DNA of 64,000 nt, taken from positions 4,194 to 68,193 of the forward strand of contig JBKDKX010000016.1 in NCBI GenBank assembly GCA_046344715.1, read 5' to 3'. Positions 51,513 to 62,173 of the stretch are shown here, one piece after another (position 1 is the first letter of the stretch; the number at the start of each line of letters is the position of its first letter). Source of the DNA: Alphaproteobacteria bacterium (lineage in GTDB: Bacteria > Pseudomonadota > Alphaproteobacteria > Rickettsiales > SXRF01). Below the pieces are notes generated by a model, which worked only from the letters and a program-made list of their open reading frames with translations, made no database searches and was not told where the DNA came from. Position numbers and translations under genes: made by a program.

Positions 51513-52766
51513 TTAGTTACCTACAGAGATGTCACCGGTAGAGATGGTAACAGCTTGCTGGGTGTTAGCGTTGATGCCGGTGTTCTGGCTAACAGCGATT
51601 ACGCCGTTTGCACCAGTGAACGCGCCACCAGCAACGGTGTTGTCACCGTAACCAGCAACGTCTGAACGACGGTGGAATTCAACGCTAGAGTTGGTAACAG
51701 AAGAAGCGAGGTCAGTGTTGGTGATTTTTACTTTGATATCACCAATGCTTACGCTGTTATCAACACTGCTATCATTGTTGCTGTTCTCAGTTGTAGAATC
51801 ATTATCAATGATGCTTGCAGCGCCAGTTGCCTGGTTACCGCCACCGTTAGTATTGGTGGTGTTGTTGCTAGCAGTTGTGTTGTTGCTGTTAAGAGCCACA
51901 TCAACATCACCAACGGTCAAGCTGTTATCGCTGTTATCGTTGTTGCTGCTGTTAACACTGTTATTGCTGTTATCATTGTTGCTATCAGCAGTATTGACAC
52001 TGTTGTTGCTGTTATCAACACTGTTGTCATTGTTGCTGTCGTTAGTGCTGTTGTTGCTGTTGTCGTTACCGAAGTTAGACACAGCTACATCACCAACGGT
52101 AAGGTTACCATCGTTATCCTGGTTGTTGCTGTTTTCGGTGGTAGAATCATTATCAATGATGCTAGCAGCGCCAGTAGCATTGTTGCCGCTGTTGCTGTTG
52201 CCGCTGTCAGAAACAGCAAGGCTTACATCACCAACAGTCGTGTTACCATCATTGTCCTGATCCTGGTCATTGGTGGTTACATTAGAGGTGGTGTTGGTGT
52301 TAACACTGTTGTTGCTGTTGTCAGTGTTAACGCTGTTGTCGTTACCATTGTCAGAAACATTCACATCGCCAACATTGAGGCTGTTGTTTGTGTTGTCAGT
52401 GTTAACGCTGTTGTCGTTGTTGCTGCTGTTGGTGCTGCTGTTGTTGTTGCTAGCAGTTGTGTTGGTTTCAGAATCGTTATCAATGATGCTTGCAGCGCCA
52501 GTAGCGAGGTTGCCATCATCGTTGTCATTGTTAACGCTGTTGTCGTTGTTGCTGCTGTTAGAGCTGCTGTTGCTGTTGTCGTTACCGCTATCAGCTACAG
52601 ACAGGCTAACATCACCAACGGTGGTATCATTGCTGCTGGTGGTGGTAGTGGTGGTGTTGCCGAGGTTGCTACCATCGTTGTTATCGTTGTTGTTGGTGTC
52701 AGCAAAAGCTACTGAGGTGCTCAGAGCAAATGCAGATACACCAGCGAGAAGTAATTGTTTAGACAT
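51513..52766 (-). CDS. Secreted, extremely N/D/S/T-rich repeat protein
   Basis: Signal peptide; ATGAASIIDNDS occurs 4 times, alternating with (T/N)VGDVxVS..GNDNS modules. The C-terminal GVIAVSQNTGINANTQQAVTIS motif is shared with the small protein at 51033. Confidence 0.6.
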   Translation of the reverse strand: MSKQLLLAGVSAFALSTSVAFADTNNNDNNDGSNLGNTTTTTTSSNDTTVGDVSLSVADSGNDNSNSSSNSSNNDNSVNNDNDDGNLATGAASIIDNDSETNTTASNNNSSTNSSNNDNSVNTDNTNNSLNVGDVNVSDNGNDNSVNTDNSNNSVNTNTTSNVTTNDQDQDNDGNTTVGDVSLAVSDSGNSNSGNNATGAASIIDNDSTTENSNNQDNDGNLTVGDVAVSNFGNDNSNNSTNDSNNDNSVDNSNNSVNTADSNNDNSNNSVNSSNNDNSDNSLTVGDVDVALNSNNTTASNNTTNTNGGGNQATGAASIIDNDSTTENSNNDSSVDNSVSIGDIKVKITNTDLASSVTNSSVEFHRRSDVAGYGDNTVAGGAFTGANGVIAVSQNTGINANTQQAVTISTGDISVGN

Positions 52767-53074
52767 GTTAAACTCCTAGGTTTGTTAAAAGTAATAAAGT
52801 AGTTTGATTAGTGTTTTGAGGGCACATCCAGTAAGATGCAATTAATCTTTTGTTAATTTAACCCATGGGCAACCCTTTTAATCTTTTGTAAAGTAATTGC
52901 AAGGGTTTTCTTATAAAAAATGCAAGGAGCGATGTATAGAAAAAACACAATAAAATCAATTATTTGTGCGCATTGACGTGCTAAATGAATACATTTACGA
53001 CACAATATAAGCCGTGCGGCTAAATACAACTAAAATAGTTGGTTTTTTAACAAGGCGGTTAGCTAAATAACAGC

Positions 53075-54352
53075 CTAGAATGCACCAATATCAAACGTCA
53101 TTGGGGTTCTGAAAATCAGGCGAATATCTGGTGCGTCATCCGTCAAGCCTGCGCTGAGTGTGAAGTTCAGGTTGGTGGTGTCATTGAGTAGGTAGGAATA
53201 TCCTAAATCCAGACTGCCGACCTGAAGGATGGTTGAATTTGCGATGTTTGCATCATTAATTTTGGTTTTGAGTACTGTGCTGTGGCTATAGCCTAAGCTG
53301 ATAGAGCTTTTCTCGTTGAGCGAAAGACTTGATCCGAAGCTCGCACTGATAGAATCGCCAGGTTCAACCTTGCCATATGTAGGGAAGCTGCGGCCAAGAC
53401 TGTGCAGATAGCCTACGTTAGAATAATACACCAGCGGATCAGACGGGAAAATAGCCGTTACACTGGGTTGGAAGGCATAAAAACCGGAACCGGTAGGAAG
53501 TTCTGTTTGTACGCCATTGACTACTGGTACCTCAAATGGACCAGTACCGGTGATGGTTTTGAAGCGCATATTGCCTACGAAATACGGCCAGCCATCCTGT
53601 CCATCATTGATCTGATAGTGTGCACCAACTTCAATATCGCCTAAATCGGCGCCATCCACTGTTGTAAGTGTTTCAGGTGGATTGGGAACACCAAGCTGGC
53701 GTGTAGACGTTGCATCGCTGCGGTATACATATGGTACACGCGCATCAACCTCAAAACGGTTTGTTACGCCATAGCGTAAGCCAACAGACGGTGACAAAAT
53801 GTCACGTTTTACCTTTGAGATATCAAATGCGCCGATGTTCAGCGCAGGGATAATACTGAATCCGCTGATACTCACGCGTGTTGATGTGGAGTGCGTATAT
53901 TCCACGGCAGGCGTTACAACTAGTTTGCCTTTTTGCAACAATACGCCTCCCTCTTCAATCACCGCTGCGATTTCAGGTGGTTTTTCAGTAGATTGTTTGC
54001 GATCGGTTCCAACTTCCTGAGGTACTGGCTTACTATCGGCAGAGCTTGATTGCGTTGGAGCATGAGAATCTTGCTGTGGAATTGGCTTGCCTGTAACCTT
54101 GCTGAATTGCATCTGCAATTTTTCAAACTGCACGCGCTCACGTGCAAAATCTGCGCGTTGGCGTTCCAGTATTTTCTGCTGTTCATCAAGCTTCTTTTCC
54201 TGATCGGCAAGGCGCTTCGATTGCATTTCCATTGCTTTAAGTAGTGCGGATACATCACCATTTTCTTCTTTTGCGAAGGATGTGCTGCTGACGCAGGTCG
54301 CGACGGTGAAGCAAGCGATAAAGGCAAATTTTCTAGAACGCTGGAAAAACAT
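53075..54352 (-). CDS. Outer-membrane protein: signal peptide, coiled coil, Pro/Ser/Gln-rich linker and beta-barrel (FapF-like architecture)
   Basis: Heptad-rich LKAMEMQSKRLADQEKKLDEQQKILERQRADFARERVQFEKLQMQ, a low-complexity linker, and alternating-hydrophobic strands ending in TFDIGAF. Confidence 0.65.
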   Translation of the reverse strand: MFFQRSRKFAFIACFTVATCVSSTSFAKEENGDVSALLKAMEMQSKRLADQEKKLDEQQKILERQRADFARERVQFEKLQMQFSKVTGKPIPQQDSHAPTQSSSADSKPVPQEVGTDRKQSTEKPPEIAAVIEEGGVLLQKGKLVVTPAVEYTHSTSTRVSISGFSIIPALNIGAFDISKVKRDILSPSVGLRYGVTNRFEVDARVPYVYRSDATSTRQLGVPNPPETLTTVDGADLGDIEVGAHYQINDGQDGWPYFVGNMRFKTITGTGPFEVPVVNGVQTELPTGSGFYAFQPSVTAIFPSDPLVYYSNVGYLHSLGRSFPTYGKVEPGDSISASFGSSLSLNEKSSISLGYSHSTVLKTKINDANIANSTILQVGSLDLGYSYLLNDTTNLNFTLSAGLTDDAPDIRLIFRTPMTFDIGAF

Positions 54353-54444
54353 TTTTGTACCTTTTGGGAATATTTATTCAGTTCGCTGATTAACACAGCG
54401 TTTGCAGAGTTTCCACGATAAAAGCCCCGCACGGGTCAAAAAAA

Positions 54445-55482
54445 TCACAGCTGTAGCGATTCTGCCACGTCTAATGCCGCGTAAGTGAATATTGCGCGTG
54501 CCCCGGCGCGCTTGAAGGCAAGTAGGCTTTCCAACATCACGGCATCGCCGTCAATCCAGCCATTGGCGGCGGCGGCCTTTATCATCGCATATTCACCACT
54601 TACCTGATAGGCGAACACTGGAACATTAAAGCTATGCGCAGCTCTGTGAACAATATCCAGATAGGCAATGCCTGGTTTCACCATTACCATATCAGCACCT
54701 TCAGCGATATCCATGGCGATTTCGCGCATGGCTTCATCGCTGTTGGCTGGGTTTATCTGGTAGTTACGTTTGTCAGCTTTTCCAAGATTTCCGGCAGATC
54801 CAACGGCATCACGGAACGGTCCATACAGGCTAGAGGCATATTTGGCGGCGTATGAGAGTATGAGCGTGTTGTGGAATCCTTCTTGTTCTAGAGTGCTGCG
54901 AATCGCGCCAATGCGTCCATCCATCATGTCCGATGGCGCAACAATATCACATCCGGCTTTGGCCTGAACCAGGGCCTGTTTGCATAAAGCTTCAACCGTT
55001 TTGTCATTCACAACAACGCCATTTTCCACAATGCCGTCCTGCCCATGTGAGGTGTAAGGGTCGAGGGCGACATCGGTGATAATTCCGATCTCTGGTACGG
55101 CACTTTTGAGTTCTTTGATGGCTCTGCACACCAGATTATCTTCTGAAAAAGCGAGTGCGCCATCCGGTGTTTTTAGTTTGGCATCTATTACAGGAAATAA
55201 TGCGATTGCAGGGATATTAAGTTTGTTGGCTAACTTTACTCTTTTAATTAATATATCCAATGTGATACGAGAAACACCAGGTAGTGATGCAATGGGGGTT
55301 TCTGTATTTGTGCCTTCCTGAATAAACACCGGCCAGATGATGTCACTAGGGTGTAATCTGTGTTCGGCCACCAGTTCGCGGCACCAGCTAGACATGCGCG
55401 TGCGGCGCAGGCGGGTGGAGGGGAAGGTGATTGGTGACTGGTGGATGGTGGATGGTGGCATAAACAACGCTTGAATATTCAC
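54445..55482 (-). CDS. hemB: Porphobilinogen synthase
   Basis: RLRRTR...LI.PVFIQEG, APSDMMDGR and MVKPG motifs; Schiff-base lysine context. Confidence 0.9.
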   Translation of the reverse strand: MNIQALFMPPSTIHQSPITFPSTRLRRTRMSSWCRELVAEHRLHPSDIIWPVFIQEGTNTETPIASLPGVSRITLDILIKRVKLANKLNIPAIALFPVIDAKLKTPDGALAFSEDNLVCRAIKELKSAVPEIGIITDVALDPYTSHGQDGIVENGVVVNDKTVEALCKQALVQAKAGCDIVAPSDMMDGRIGAIRSTLEQEGFHNTLILSYAAKYASSLYGPFRDAVGSAGNLGKADKRNYQINPANSDEAMREIAMDIAEGADMVMVKPGIAYLDIVHRAAHSFNVPVFAYQVSGEYAMIKAAAANGWIDGDAVMLESLLAFKRAGARAIFTYAALDVAESLQL

Positions 55483-55533
55483 TAAAAATAACCTTTATAA
55501 CCTTGCTATACTATTTTTATCATATAGGCGTCA

Positions 55534-56565
55534 ATGAATTCACCAGTCACCAACCACCAGTTACCATCCACCGCAAAGCGTATCCTCTCCGGCGTTCAGC
55601 CTACAGGTAATCTCCATCTGGGTAACTATCTGGGGGCAATACGTAATTGGGTGGCGTTGCAGCAGGATTATGAATGTTTTTACATGTTGGCTGATCTGCA
55701 TGCCATCACTGTGCCGCAGGATCCAGAAAAATTGCGTGCCTCCGTGCGCGAAAGTGCCGCGGCACTTATCGCCTGCGGGGTTGACCCGAAAAAAAGCGCG
55801 ATATTTCCGCAATCGTGTGTAACGGCGCATGCGGAACTGAACTGGATTTTGGCCTGCCACACGCCGCTGGGCTGGCTCAACCGTATGACACAATTTAAGG
55901 AAAAAGCCGGTAAAGATAAGGAAAAAGCGGTGCTTGGGCTTTATGCCTATCCGGTGCTGATGGCAGCCGACATTCTGCTATATAAAGCAACGCACGTGCC
56001 GGTAGGCGAAGACCAGAAACAGCATATTGAGCTTACGCGTGATATTGCCGGTGCCTATAATCGTTATTACAATCAAGAATATTTCATGTTGCCAGAGCCG
56101 TTAATTTTGGGTGAAGCGACGCGTGTGATGAGCCTGCGCGATGGCAAAAAGAAAATGAGTAAATCTGATGAATCAGATTATTCACGCATCAACCTGACCG
56201 ATGATGCCGATACCATCGCGCTTAAATTCCGTAAGGCAAAGTCGGATATGATAGAGGGTATTTCGTGGGATCCGGAGAATCGGCCGGAAGTAGCCAATTT
56301 ACTTACCATGTATGCATCATTCAAGAATGTAACGCGTGAGGCGGCGCTTAAAGAGTGTGACGGTAAGAATTTTTCTACCTTCAAGCAAATGCTCACCGAT
56401 GCGGCGGTTGCCCATCTTTCGCCGATTACAGGGAAAATGCGCGAGTTGATGGCTGACAGAAACTATCTTGATGCTGTACTCAAAGATGGAAGCAACAACG
56501 CGCGCGCGGTCGCTGATAAAACTATCCGTGAAGTGAAGGAATCTGTAGGATTTCTTGCCTTTTGA
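55534..56565 (+). CDS. trpS: Tryptophan--tRNA ligase
   Basis: HIGH-type motif GNLHLGNYLG and KMSKS. Confidence 0.95.
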   Translation: MNSPVTNHQLPSTAKRILSGVQPTGNLHLGNYLGAIRNWVALQQDYECFYMLADLHAITVPQDPEKLRASVRESAAALIACGVDPKKSAIFPQSCVTAHAELNWILACHTPLGWLNRMTQFKEKAGKDKEKAVLGLYAYPVLMAADILLYKATHVPVGEDQKQHIELTRDIAGAYNRYYNQEYFMLPEPLILGEATRVMSLRDGKKKMSKSDESDYSRINLTDDADTIALKFRKAKSDMIEGISWDPENRPEVANLLTMYASFKNVTREAALKECDGKNFSTFKQMLTDAAVAHLSPITGKMRELMADRNYLDAVLKDGSNNARAVADKTIREVKESVGFLAF

Positions 56566-56611
56566 TGCTCAGTGCAAAGCGTGATTGCCGTGATGCCTTT
56601 CAGACGATATA

Positions 56612-58048
56612 GTGCGCGAGATGCAAACTAAACCTTCTGTTCCTTTTGCGACACTTCTTAAGACCGTGCTTGTGGCAAGCAGCCCGGCGCTCGTTGTGCT
56701 TTTCTCTCTATTTGCCATGTGGGATATGGAGTTTAAATACTTCATATACGGTTATTTGCTCATCATGCTTGTGTCATTGGTGTTTGTGATGCCGTTTCTT
56801 TCTAATATCACAGCCCTTACACATTATGTGAATGATCTGGTACAGGATAAAAGAGTGCAATCGCCGGATTTGAGTTTCTTAAGTAACGTGGGTGAACTCT
56901 CTGGGTCACTGCTTAAATTGCAGCGTTCATGGGAAAATAAACGTCAGGAGATGGAGACGGTTATTACGGAAAGGGAAATACTGGTAGATACCCTGCCGGA
57001 TATTCTCATTATGACCGATAATAATAAAATGATTGTGCGTACCAACCGTGCGGCACGCAACATATTTGGCCAGAATCTGGCGCACCGTCCTCTGCGGGAT
57101 GTTATTCCCAATGAAAAACTGATGGGTGCCATCCAGATGGTAGTTGAGGATTTGCAGGGACAATCAGTAGAATTTCATCTGGAAACACCGGAACCGCGTG
57201 ATTTTCAGGCGATTATCGAACGTTTCCCGATTCCATCAGAAGGCGGAATTTCCATTGTGATTACTCTGACCGATGTAACGCAGCAAAAACGTATCCAGCG
57301 TATGCGCGCCGATTTTGTGGCGAATGCAAGCCATGAAATACGCACGCCTCTCGCATCAATTATTGGATTTATTGAAACGCTGCGAGGGCCTGCAAAAGAC
57401 GATGCGGTAGCGCGTGAGGAATTCCTGAAAGTAATGGCAGAGCAGGCAGAGCGCATGTCTAAGCTTGTTAATGATTTGCTATCATTGTCTAAAATTGAAA
57501 TGAATGCGAATAGTGCGCCAATGAACAAGGTAGATTTTGCGCGATTGGTACGCAGCGAGAAGCAACACTTCGACTGGAGTTGTAAACAAAAAAACGTAAC
57601 GCTGCGCATGAAGCTCAATGATAACCTGCCGCCCACCCGCGGTGATGAAGACGAGCTTGGGCAGGTGGTACGCAACCTGATTGGCAACGCCATTAAATAT
57701 ACCAATCCGGATACAGAAGTGGTTGTATCGCTTAAGCTTACCTCTGCGCTGCCCAAAGATCATGCGTTCAGGAATCTTACACGGGCATTACTTTTTTCAG
57801 TGCAGGATCATGGGGAAGGGATACCCAAAGAACATATCCCAAGACTTACCGAGCGTTTCTACCGTGTGGATACGGCGCGTACGCGCAAAGTAGGTGGCAC
57901 TGGGCTTGGGCTTGCGATTGTTAAACATGTCACCAACCGTCACCAGGCCGTCCTTACTATAGATAGTGAAATTGGTAAAGGCAGTACCTTCAATATTTTT
58001 ATGCCGGTGTACGAAGATATTGTAAATCAACAACAACAAGGCGAATAA
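56612..58048 (+). CDS. phoR: Phosphate-regulon sensor histidine kinase
   Basis: Two N-terminal TMs, a PAS domain, the H-box FVANASHEIRTPL, and N/G boxes. It lies upstream of pstCAB. Confidence 0.8.
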   Translation: MREMQTKPSVPFATLLKTVLVASSPALVVLFSLFAMWDMEFKYFIYGYLLIMLVSLVFVMPFLSNITALTHYVNDLVQDKRVQSPDLSFLSNVGELSGSLLKLQRSWENKRQEMETVITEREILVDTLPDILIMTDNNKMIVRTNRAARNIFGQNLAHRPLRDVIPNEKLMGAIQMVVEDLQGQSVEFHLETPEPRDFQAIIERFPIPSEGGISIVITLTDVTQQKRIQRMRADFVANASHEIRTPLASIIGFIETLRGPAKDDAVAREEFLKVMAEQAERMSKLVNDLLSLSKIEMNANSAPMNKVDFARLVRSEKQHFDWSCKQKNVTLRMKLNDNLPPTRGDEDELGQVVRNLIGNAIKYTNPDTEVVVSLKLTSALPKDHAFRNLTRALLFSVQDHGEGIPKEHIPRLTERFYRVDTARTRKVGGTGLGLAIVKHVTNRHQAVLTIDSEIGKGSTFNIFMPVYEDIVNQQQQGE

Positions 58049-58101
58049 AAAACTGGTTTTTTACTGCTTGACTCTGGCGTAACTCCGCTTAGTTTCTTGC
58101 T

Positions 58102-59052
58102 ATGATTTCCAGAGGCCATTCAAGCTCTTATAGCACGTTCAGCCAATATACCGAGAGGGGGGTATATGCGCTTCTTTTTGCTTCTGCCTCTATTTCAATA
58201 TGTATTGCGGGTGCGATTGTATTTTCAGTGCTGATTGAGGCAGTAAAATTCTTTGGACATGTATCCATTCTGGATTTTCTGTTTGGTACGCAGTGGAGCC
58301 CGCAGATTGCGCTTCGCGCAGATCAGGCGGGGGCAAGCGGTGCGTTCGGCGCGGTGCCGCTTTTCTGGGGCACGCTGCTGATTACATTCATTGCGATGTT
58401 GCTTGCCGTGCCAGTTGGGTTATTTGCTGCAATCTATATGTCAGAATATGCCAACCGCACGGTGCGTGATTTCATTAAGCCAGTGCTTGAGATTCTGGCA
58501 GGTATCCCCACGGTGGTGTATGGATATTTTGCTATCATGCTGCTGGCACCAGCGTTGGGTGCGTTTGGTACGATGATTGGCCTGAGCATTGCGGCAGAGA
58601 GCGCGCTTACGGCTGGCCTTGTCATGGGGATCATGATTATCCCGTTTATATCATCACTGTCTGACGATATTATTACAGCGGTTCCTCAGTCGCTGCGCGA
58701 CGCTTCGTATGGGCTTGGCGCAACGCATTCGGAAACTATACGCAAGGTCGTATTACCTGCTGCTATGCCAGGTATTATGGGAGCCGTGATGCTTGCTGCA
58801 TCACGTGCCATTGGCGAAACCATGATTGTAGTGATGGCTGCCGGTATGTCTGCCAACATGACGTTTAATCCGCTCGAATCCGTCACTACAGTGACTGTGC
58901 AGATCGTTGCATTGCTGGTGGGCGATCAGGAGTTTGACAGCCCGAAAACACAGGCGGCATTTGCGCTTGGGCTTACGCTGTTCTGCGTTACGCTGATACT
59001 TAATATTATTGCGCTTCTGGTAGTCAAAAAATATCGGGAGGCGTATGAATAA
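58102..59052 (+). CDS. pstC: Phosphate ABC transporter permease PstC
   Basis: SYGLGATHSETIRKVVLPAAMPGI..SRAIGETM motif. Confidence 0.85.
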   Translation: MISRGHSSSYSTFSQYTERGVYALLFASASISICIAGAIVFSVLIEAVKFFGHVSILDFLFGTQWSPQIALRADQAGASGAFGAVPLFWGTLLITFIAMLLAVPVGLFAAIYMSEYANRTVRDFIKPVLEILAGIPTVVYGYFAIMLLAPALGAFGTMIGLSIAAESALTAGLVMGIMIIPFISSLSDDIITAVPQSLRDASYGLGATHSETIRKVVLPAAMPGIMGAVMLAASRAIGETMIVVMAAGMSANMTFNPLESVTTVTVQIVALLVGDQEFDSPKTQAAFALGLTLFCVTLILNIIALLVVKKYREAYE

Positions 59053-60295
59053 ATTCGTCGTAGATGCCCAGTGGCATAAAAAACGTCAGCGCGCAGAAAA
59101 ACGTTTCCAGCTTTATGGCAAGATGGCACTAGGGCTTGCGGTGGTTATTTTATTGATATTGCTTGGCAGTATTTTCACCAGAGGAGTATCGGGTTTTTTA
59201 CAGACAGAAATAAAATTATCGGTGCAACTCAATTCAGCGGAACTGCCGGCAAAAAACAGTGCAGAGCTTGAAACATTGTCGGGCACCGCATTTATGCCGG
59301 TGATTCAGGAAGCATTACGCACTGCGTATCCCAATGTTACAGAACGCAAAGATCGTAGAAAACTGTATGACCTTATCAGTGAGGGTGGTGGTATAACACT
59401 GAAAGATATTTTGACGACATATCCGCATATGCTTGTAGGAAAGCACGATGTATGGCTTCCTGCGTCAAGCGATGTTGATTTATTTATCAAACATGGCGCA
59501 TCTAAATTAGATGATCAGCAAAAATCCTGGCTTGCGCATATGCAGGATCAGGGGGCAGTGCGTAAGACATTTAACACCACATACTTCAGCAATGGTGATT
59601 CGCGTTCAGCAGAGCAGGCCGGTTTCCTCGGTGCTATGGCAGGTTCATTTTTTACATTGATAATATGCTTATTGGCTGCATTTCCGGTGGGGGTTATGGC
59701 CGCAATTTATCTTGAGGAGTTTGCGCGTAAAGGTAAATGGTTGGATATTGTCGAGGTAAATATCAATAATCTTGCTGCGGTGCCTTCAATTGTATTTGGA
59801 CTGCTTGGCCTTGCGATTTATATCAATCTGATGGGGCTTCCGCGTTCTGCGCCGCTGGTTGGTGGGCTTACTCTGGCACTTATGGTGTTGCCGGTGATTA
59901 TTATTGCCACACGCAGCGCGCTTAAATCTATTCCACCATCTATCCGCGATGCAGCACGGGCGTTGGGGGCGACTCCCATACAGGTTGTATGGCACCACAC
60001 ATTGCCACTTGCCATGCCGGGTGTAATGACAGGTACTATTCTTGGCATGGCGCGTGCTATTGGTGAAACCGCACCACTTCTGATGATTGGCATGGTGGCA
60101 TTTATTGTGGATATTCCTGATGGATTCACTACACCGGCAACAGTTATGCCGGTGCAGATTTATTTGTGGGCGTCAAGCCCTGAAGCGGGTTTTGCCGAAA
60201 AAACAGCGGCTGGTATTTTGGTTTTGCTCGTGTTATTACTCGCCATGAATGCGTTTGCGATATTCCTGCGCAAACGCTTCGAAATACGGTGGTAG
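59045..60295 (+). CDS. pstA: Phosphate ABC transporter permease PstA
   Basis: [28 protein letters not shown] motif. Confidence 0.85.
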   Translation: MNKFVVDAQWHKKRQRAEKRFQLYGKMALGLAVVILLILLGSIFTRGVSGFLQTEIKLSVQLNSAELPAKNSAELETLSGTAFMPVIQEALRTAYPNVTERKDRRKLYDLISEGGGITLKDILTTYPHMLVGKHDVWLPASSDVDLFIKHGASKLDDQQKSWLAHMQDQGAVRKTFNTTYFSNGDSRSAEQAGFLGAMAGSFFTLIICLLAAFPVGVMAAIYLEEFARKGKWLDIVEVNINNLAAVPSIVFGLLGLAIYINLMGLPRSAPLVGGLTLALMVLPVIIIATRSALKSIPPSIRDAARALGATPIQVVWHHTLPLAMPGVMTGTILGMARAIGETAPLLMIGMVAFIVDIPDGFTTPATVMPVQIYLWASSPEAGFAEKTAAGILVLLVLLLAMNAFAIFLRKRFEIRW

Positions 60296-60299
60296 GGTT

Positions 60300-61055
60300 A
60301 TGTCTAAAATTACGGCTCAGAAAGTGAATGTGTTTTACGGTGCTAAGCAAGCATTGCATGATATTGATATTGCCATTCCAGCGAACAGCGTTACTGCGCT
60401 TATTGGCCCTTCCGGCTGTGGTAAATCCACATTCCTTCGCTGCCTCAACCGTATGAATGATACGATTGAAGGTTGCCGTGTGATAGGCCGGATATTGCTT
60501 GATGGTGAGGATATGAATGCAGCGTCTCAAGATGTGGTGCTTTTGCGTTCCAAGGTGGGCATGGTATTTCAGAAACCCAATCCATTTCCCAAATCTATTT
60601 ATGACAATGTGGCGTATGGTCCGCGTATTCATAATCTAGTCAAAGATAAAAAAGCACTCGATGAGGTGGTTGAAAAAAGCCTGCGTCAGGCAGGTTTGTT
60701 TGATGAGGTAAAGGATGGGCTGACTTCTCCTGGGACCTCGCTTTCCGGTGGCCAGCAGCAGCGTTTATGTATAGCGCGCACGCTTGCAGTGAATCCTGAT
60801 GTTATTCTGATGGACGAGCCATGCTCTGCTCTTGACCCGATTGCAACCGCGCGTATCGAAGAGCTTATCAATGATCTGAAGCAGCATTACACAATAGTGA
60901 TTGTAACGCATTCCATGCAGCAGGCGGCGCGTGTATCGCAGCAGACATGCTTCTTCCATATGGGTAAGGTCATTGAATCGGGTGTCACCAGCCAGATATT
61001 TACCAGCCCAAAACACCAGCAGACGCAGGATTACATTACCGGGCGGTATGGCTGA
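60300..61055 (+). CDS. pstB: Phosphate ABC transporter ATP-binding protein
   Basis: [32 protein letters not shown] and the PstB-type C-terminus. Confidence 0.9.
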   Translation: MSKITAQKVNVFYGAKQALHDIDIAIPANSVTALIGPSGCGKSTFLRCLNRMNDTIEGCRVIGRILLDGEDMNAASQDVVLLRSKVGMVFQKPNPFPKSIYDNVAYGPRIHNLVKDKKALDEVVEKSLRQAGLFDEVKDGLTSPGTSLSGGQQQRLCIARTLAVNPDVILMDEPCSALDPIATARIEELINDLKQHYTIVIVTHSMQQAARVSQQTCFFHMGKVIESGVTSQIFTSPKHQQTQDYITGRYG

Positions 61056-61159
61056 TCATCCGGCATTTATTTCTAAAAAATCGGTGTATTAAAGATTAAT
61101 TATACTTTTTTGTGTATAATGAACATCGACATATTAATTAAAATTGACATATATTTCAT

Positions 61160-61606
61160 ATGGTTGATGGCACAGAACATCTTTTTGCATCGGCGATGGA
61201 ACGCAGGCTAACACTGCGTTTGCTTGCCTATTGGGAAAAGATTCGTTCAGGCAGGATCATGCCCTCTGAGTCTGATTTTAAGGCAGATGATATCGCGGAA
61301 TTCTGGGAGAGCTGCTTTTTACTGCATCCAGCGCGGTTTAATGACGTTTCCTATTGCCATAGCCATCTGGGAAGCCAGCTTGCCGCTGCGGGTAAAAATG
61401 AAGCGGAACTGTTGATTTCACCGCAAAATCCTGATGTGTTGCCTATTTATACCGTTCTGATGGCAGACTTTAAGCCCATTACATCAGAAGGAGAAATTAC
61501 CAGCCAAACCGGAAAACTGGTGCAGTTTCGCCGTTGTTTCCTGCCTTTGGGGCATAATGACACGGTTACAGCCATTGTCGGCGGGTTACGCTTTAAGGTT
61601 TTTTAG
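61160..61606 (+). CDS. PAS-like small domain protein
   Basis: The LLAYWEKIRSGRIMPSESDF pattern resembles alphaproteobacterial PAS-fold proteins. This is a low-certainty assignment. Confidence 0.35.
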   Translation: MVDGTEHLFASAMERRLTLRLLAYWEKIRSGRIMPSESDFKADDIAEFWESCFLLHPARFNDVSYCHSHLGSQLAAAGKNEAELLISPQNPDVLPIYTVLMADFKPITSEGEITSQTGKLVQFRRCFLPLGHNDTVTAIVGGLRFKVF

Positions 61607-61706
61607 CCTTATAAATAGGCCATTTTTGTGGTTGACTTGCCCAAACCCATGCAATACATTCCAGCACCTTTTTTAGAAACGCACTTAAATTACTATGTAG
61701 GGCACT

Positions 61707-62171
61707 ATGCAAACCTATTCGGCAAAACCTGCTGAAGTTAAAAAGAATTGGATCCTGATCGATGCTAATGGCGTTGTTCTCGGTCGTCTGGCTTCACACA
61801 TCGCGAAAATTTTGCGCGGCAAAAACAAAACCATTTTCACTCCGCACATTGATACGGGTGACAATGTGGTTATCATCAATGCGGATAAGGTTCGCCTTAC
61901 CGGCAAAAAGATGACTGACAAAACCTATTATCGTCACACAGGTCACCCGGGTGGTATCAAAGAAACCACACCGGAAAAAGTACTGGCAGGCAAATTCCCT
62001 GAGCGCGTGATCGAAAAAGCGGTTGAGCGCATGATGCCAAAGGAAAGCCCTTTGGCACGCGCGCAACTTACTAAACTCAAAATTTATGCAGGCAGTGAAC
62101 ACCCACATGCCGCACAGAATCCTGTAGTGTATGATTTCGCGTCTGCAAATCCAAAGAATAAGAGGGCATAA
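61707..62171 (+). CDS. rplM: 50S ribosomal protein L13
   Basis: [26 protein letters not shown] pattern. Confidence 0.95.
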   Translation: MQTYSAKPAEVKKNWILIDANGVVLGRLASHIAKILRGKNKTIFTPHIDTGDNVVIINADKVRLTGKKMTDKTYYRHTGHPGGIKETTPEKVLAGKFPERVIEKAVERMMPKESPLARAQLTKLKIYAGSEHPHAAQNPVVYDFASANPKNKRA

Positions 62172-62173
62172 TT

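Noticed and set aside
51672-52779. Long plus-strand ORFs (347, 189 and 169 aa) rich in V/A/I/L
   Set aside because: They are antisense to the N/D/S/T-rich secreted protein. Their composition is the mirror image of AAT/GAT/AGC/ACC codon bias, and they have no signal or motif.
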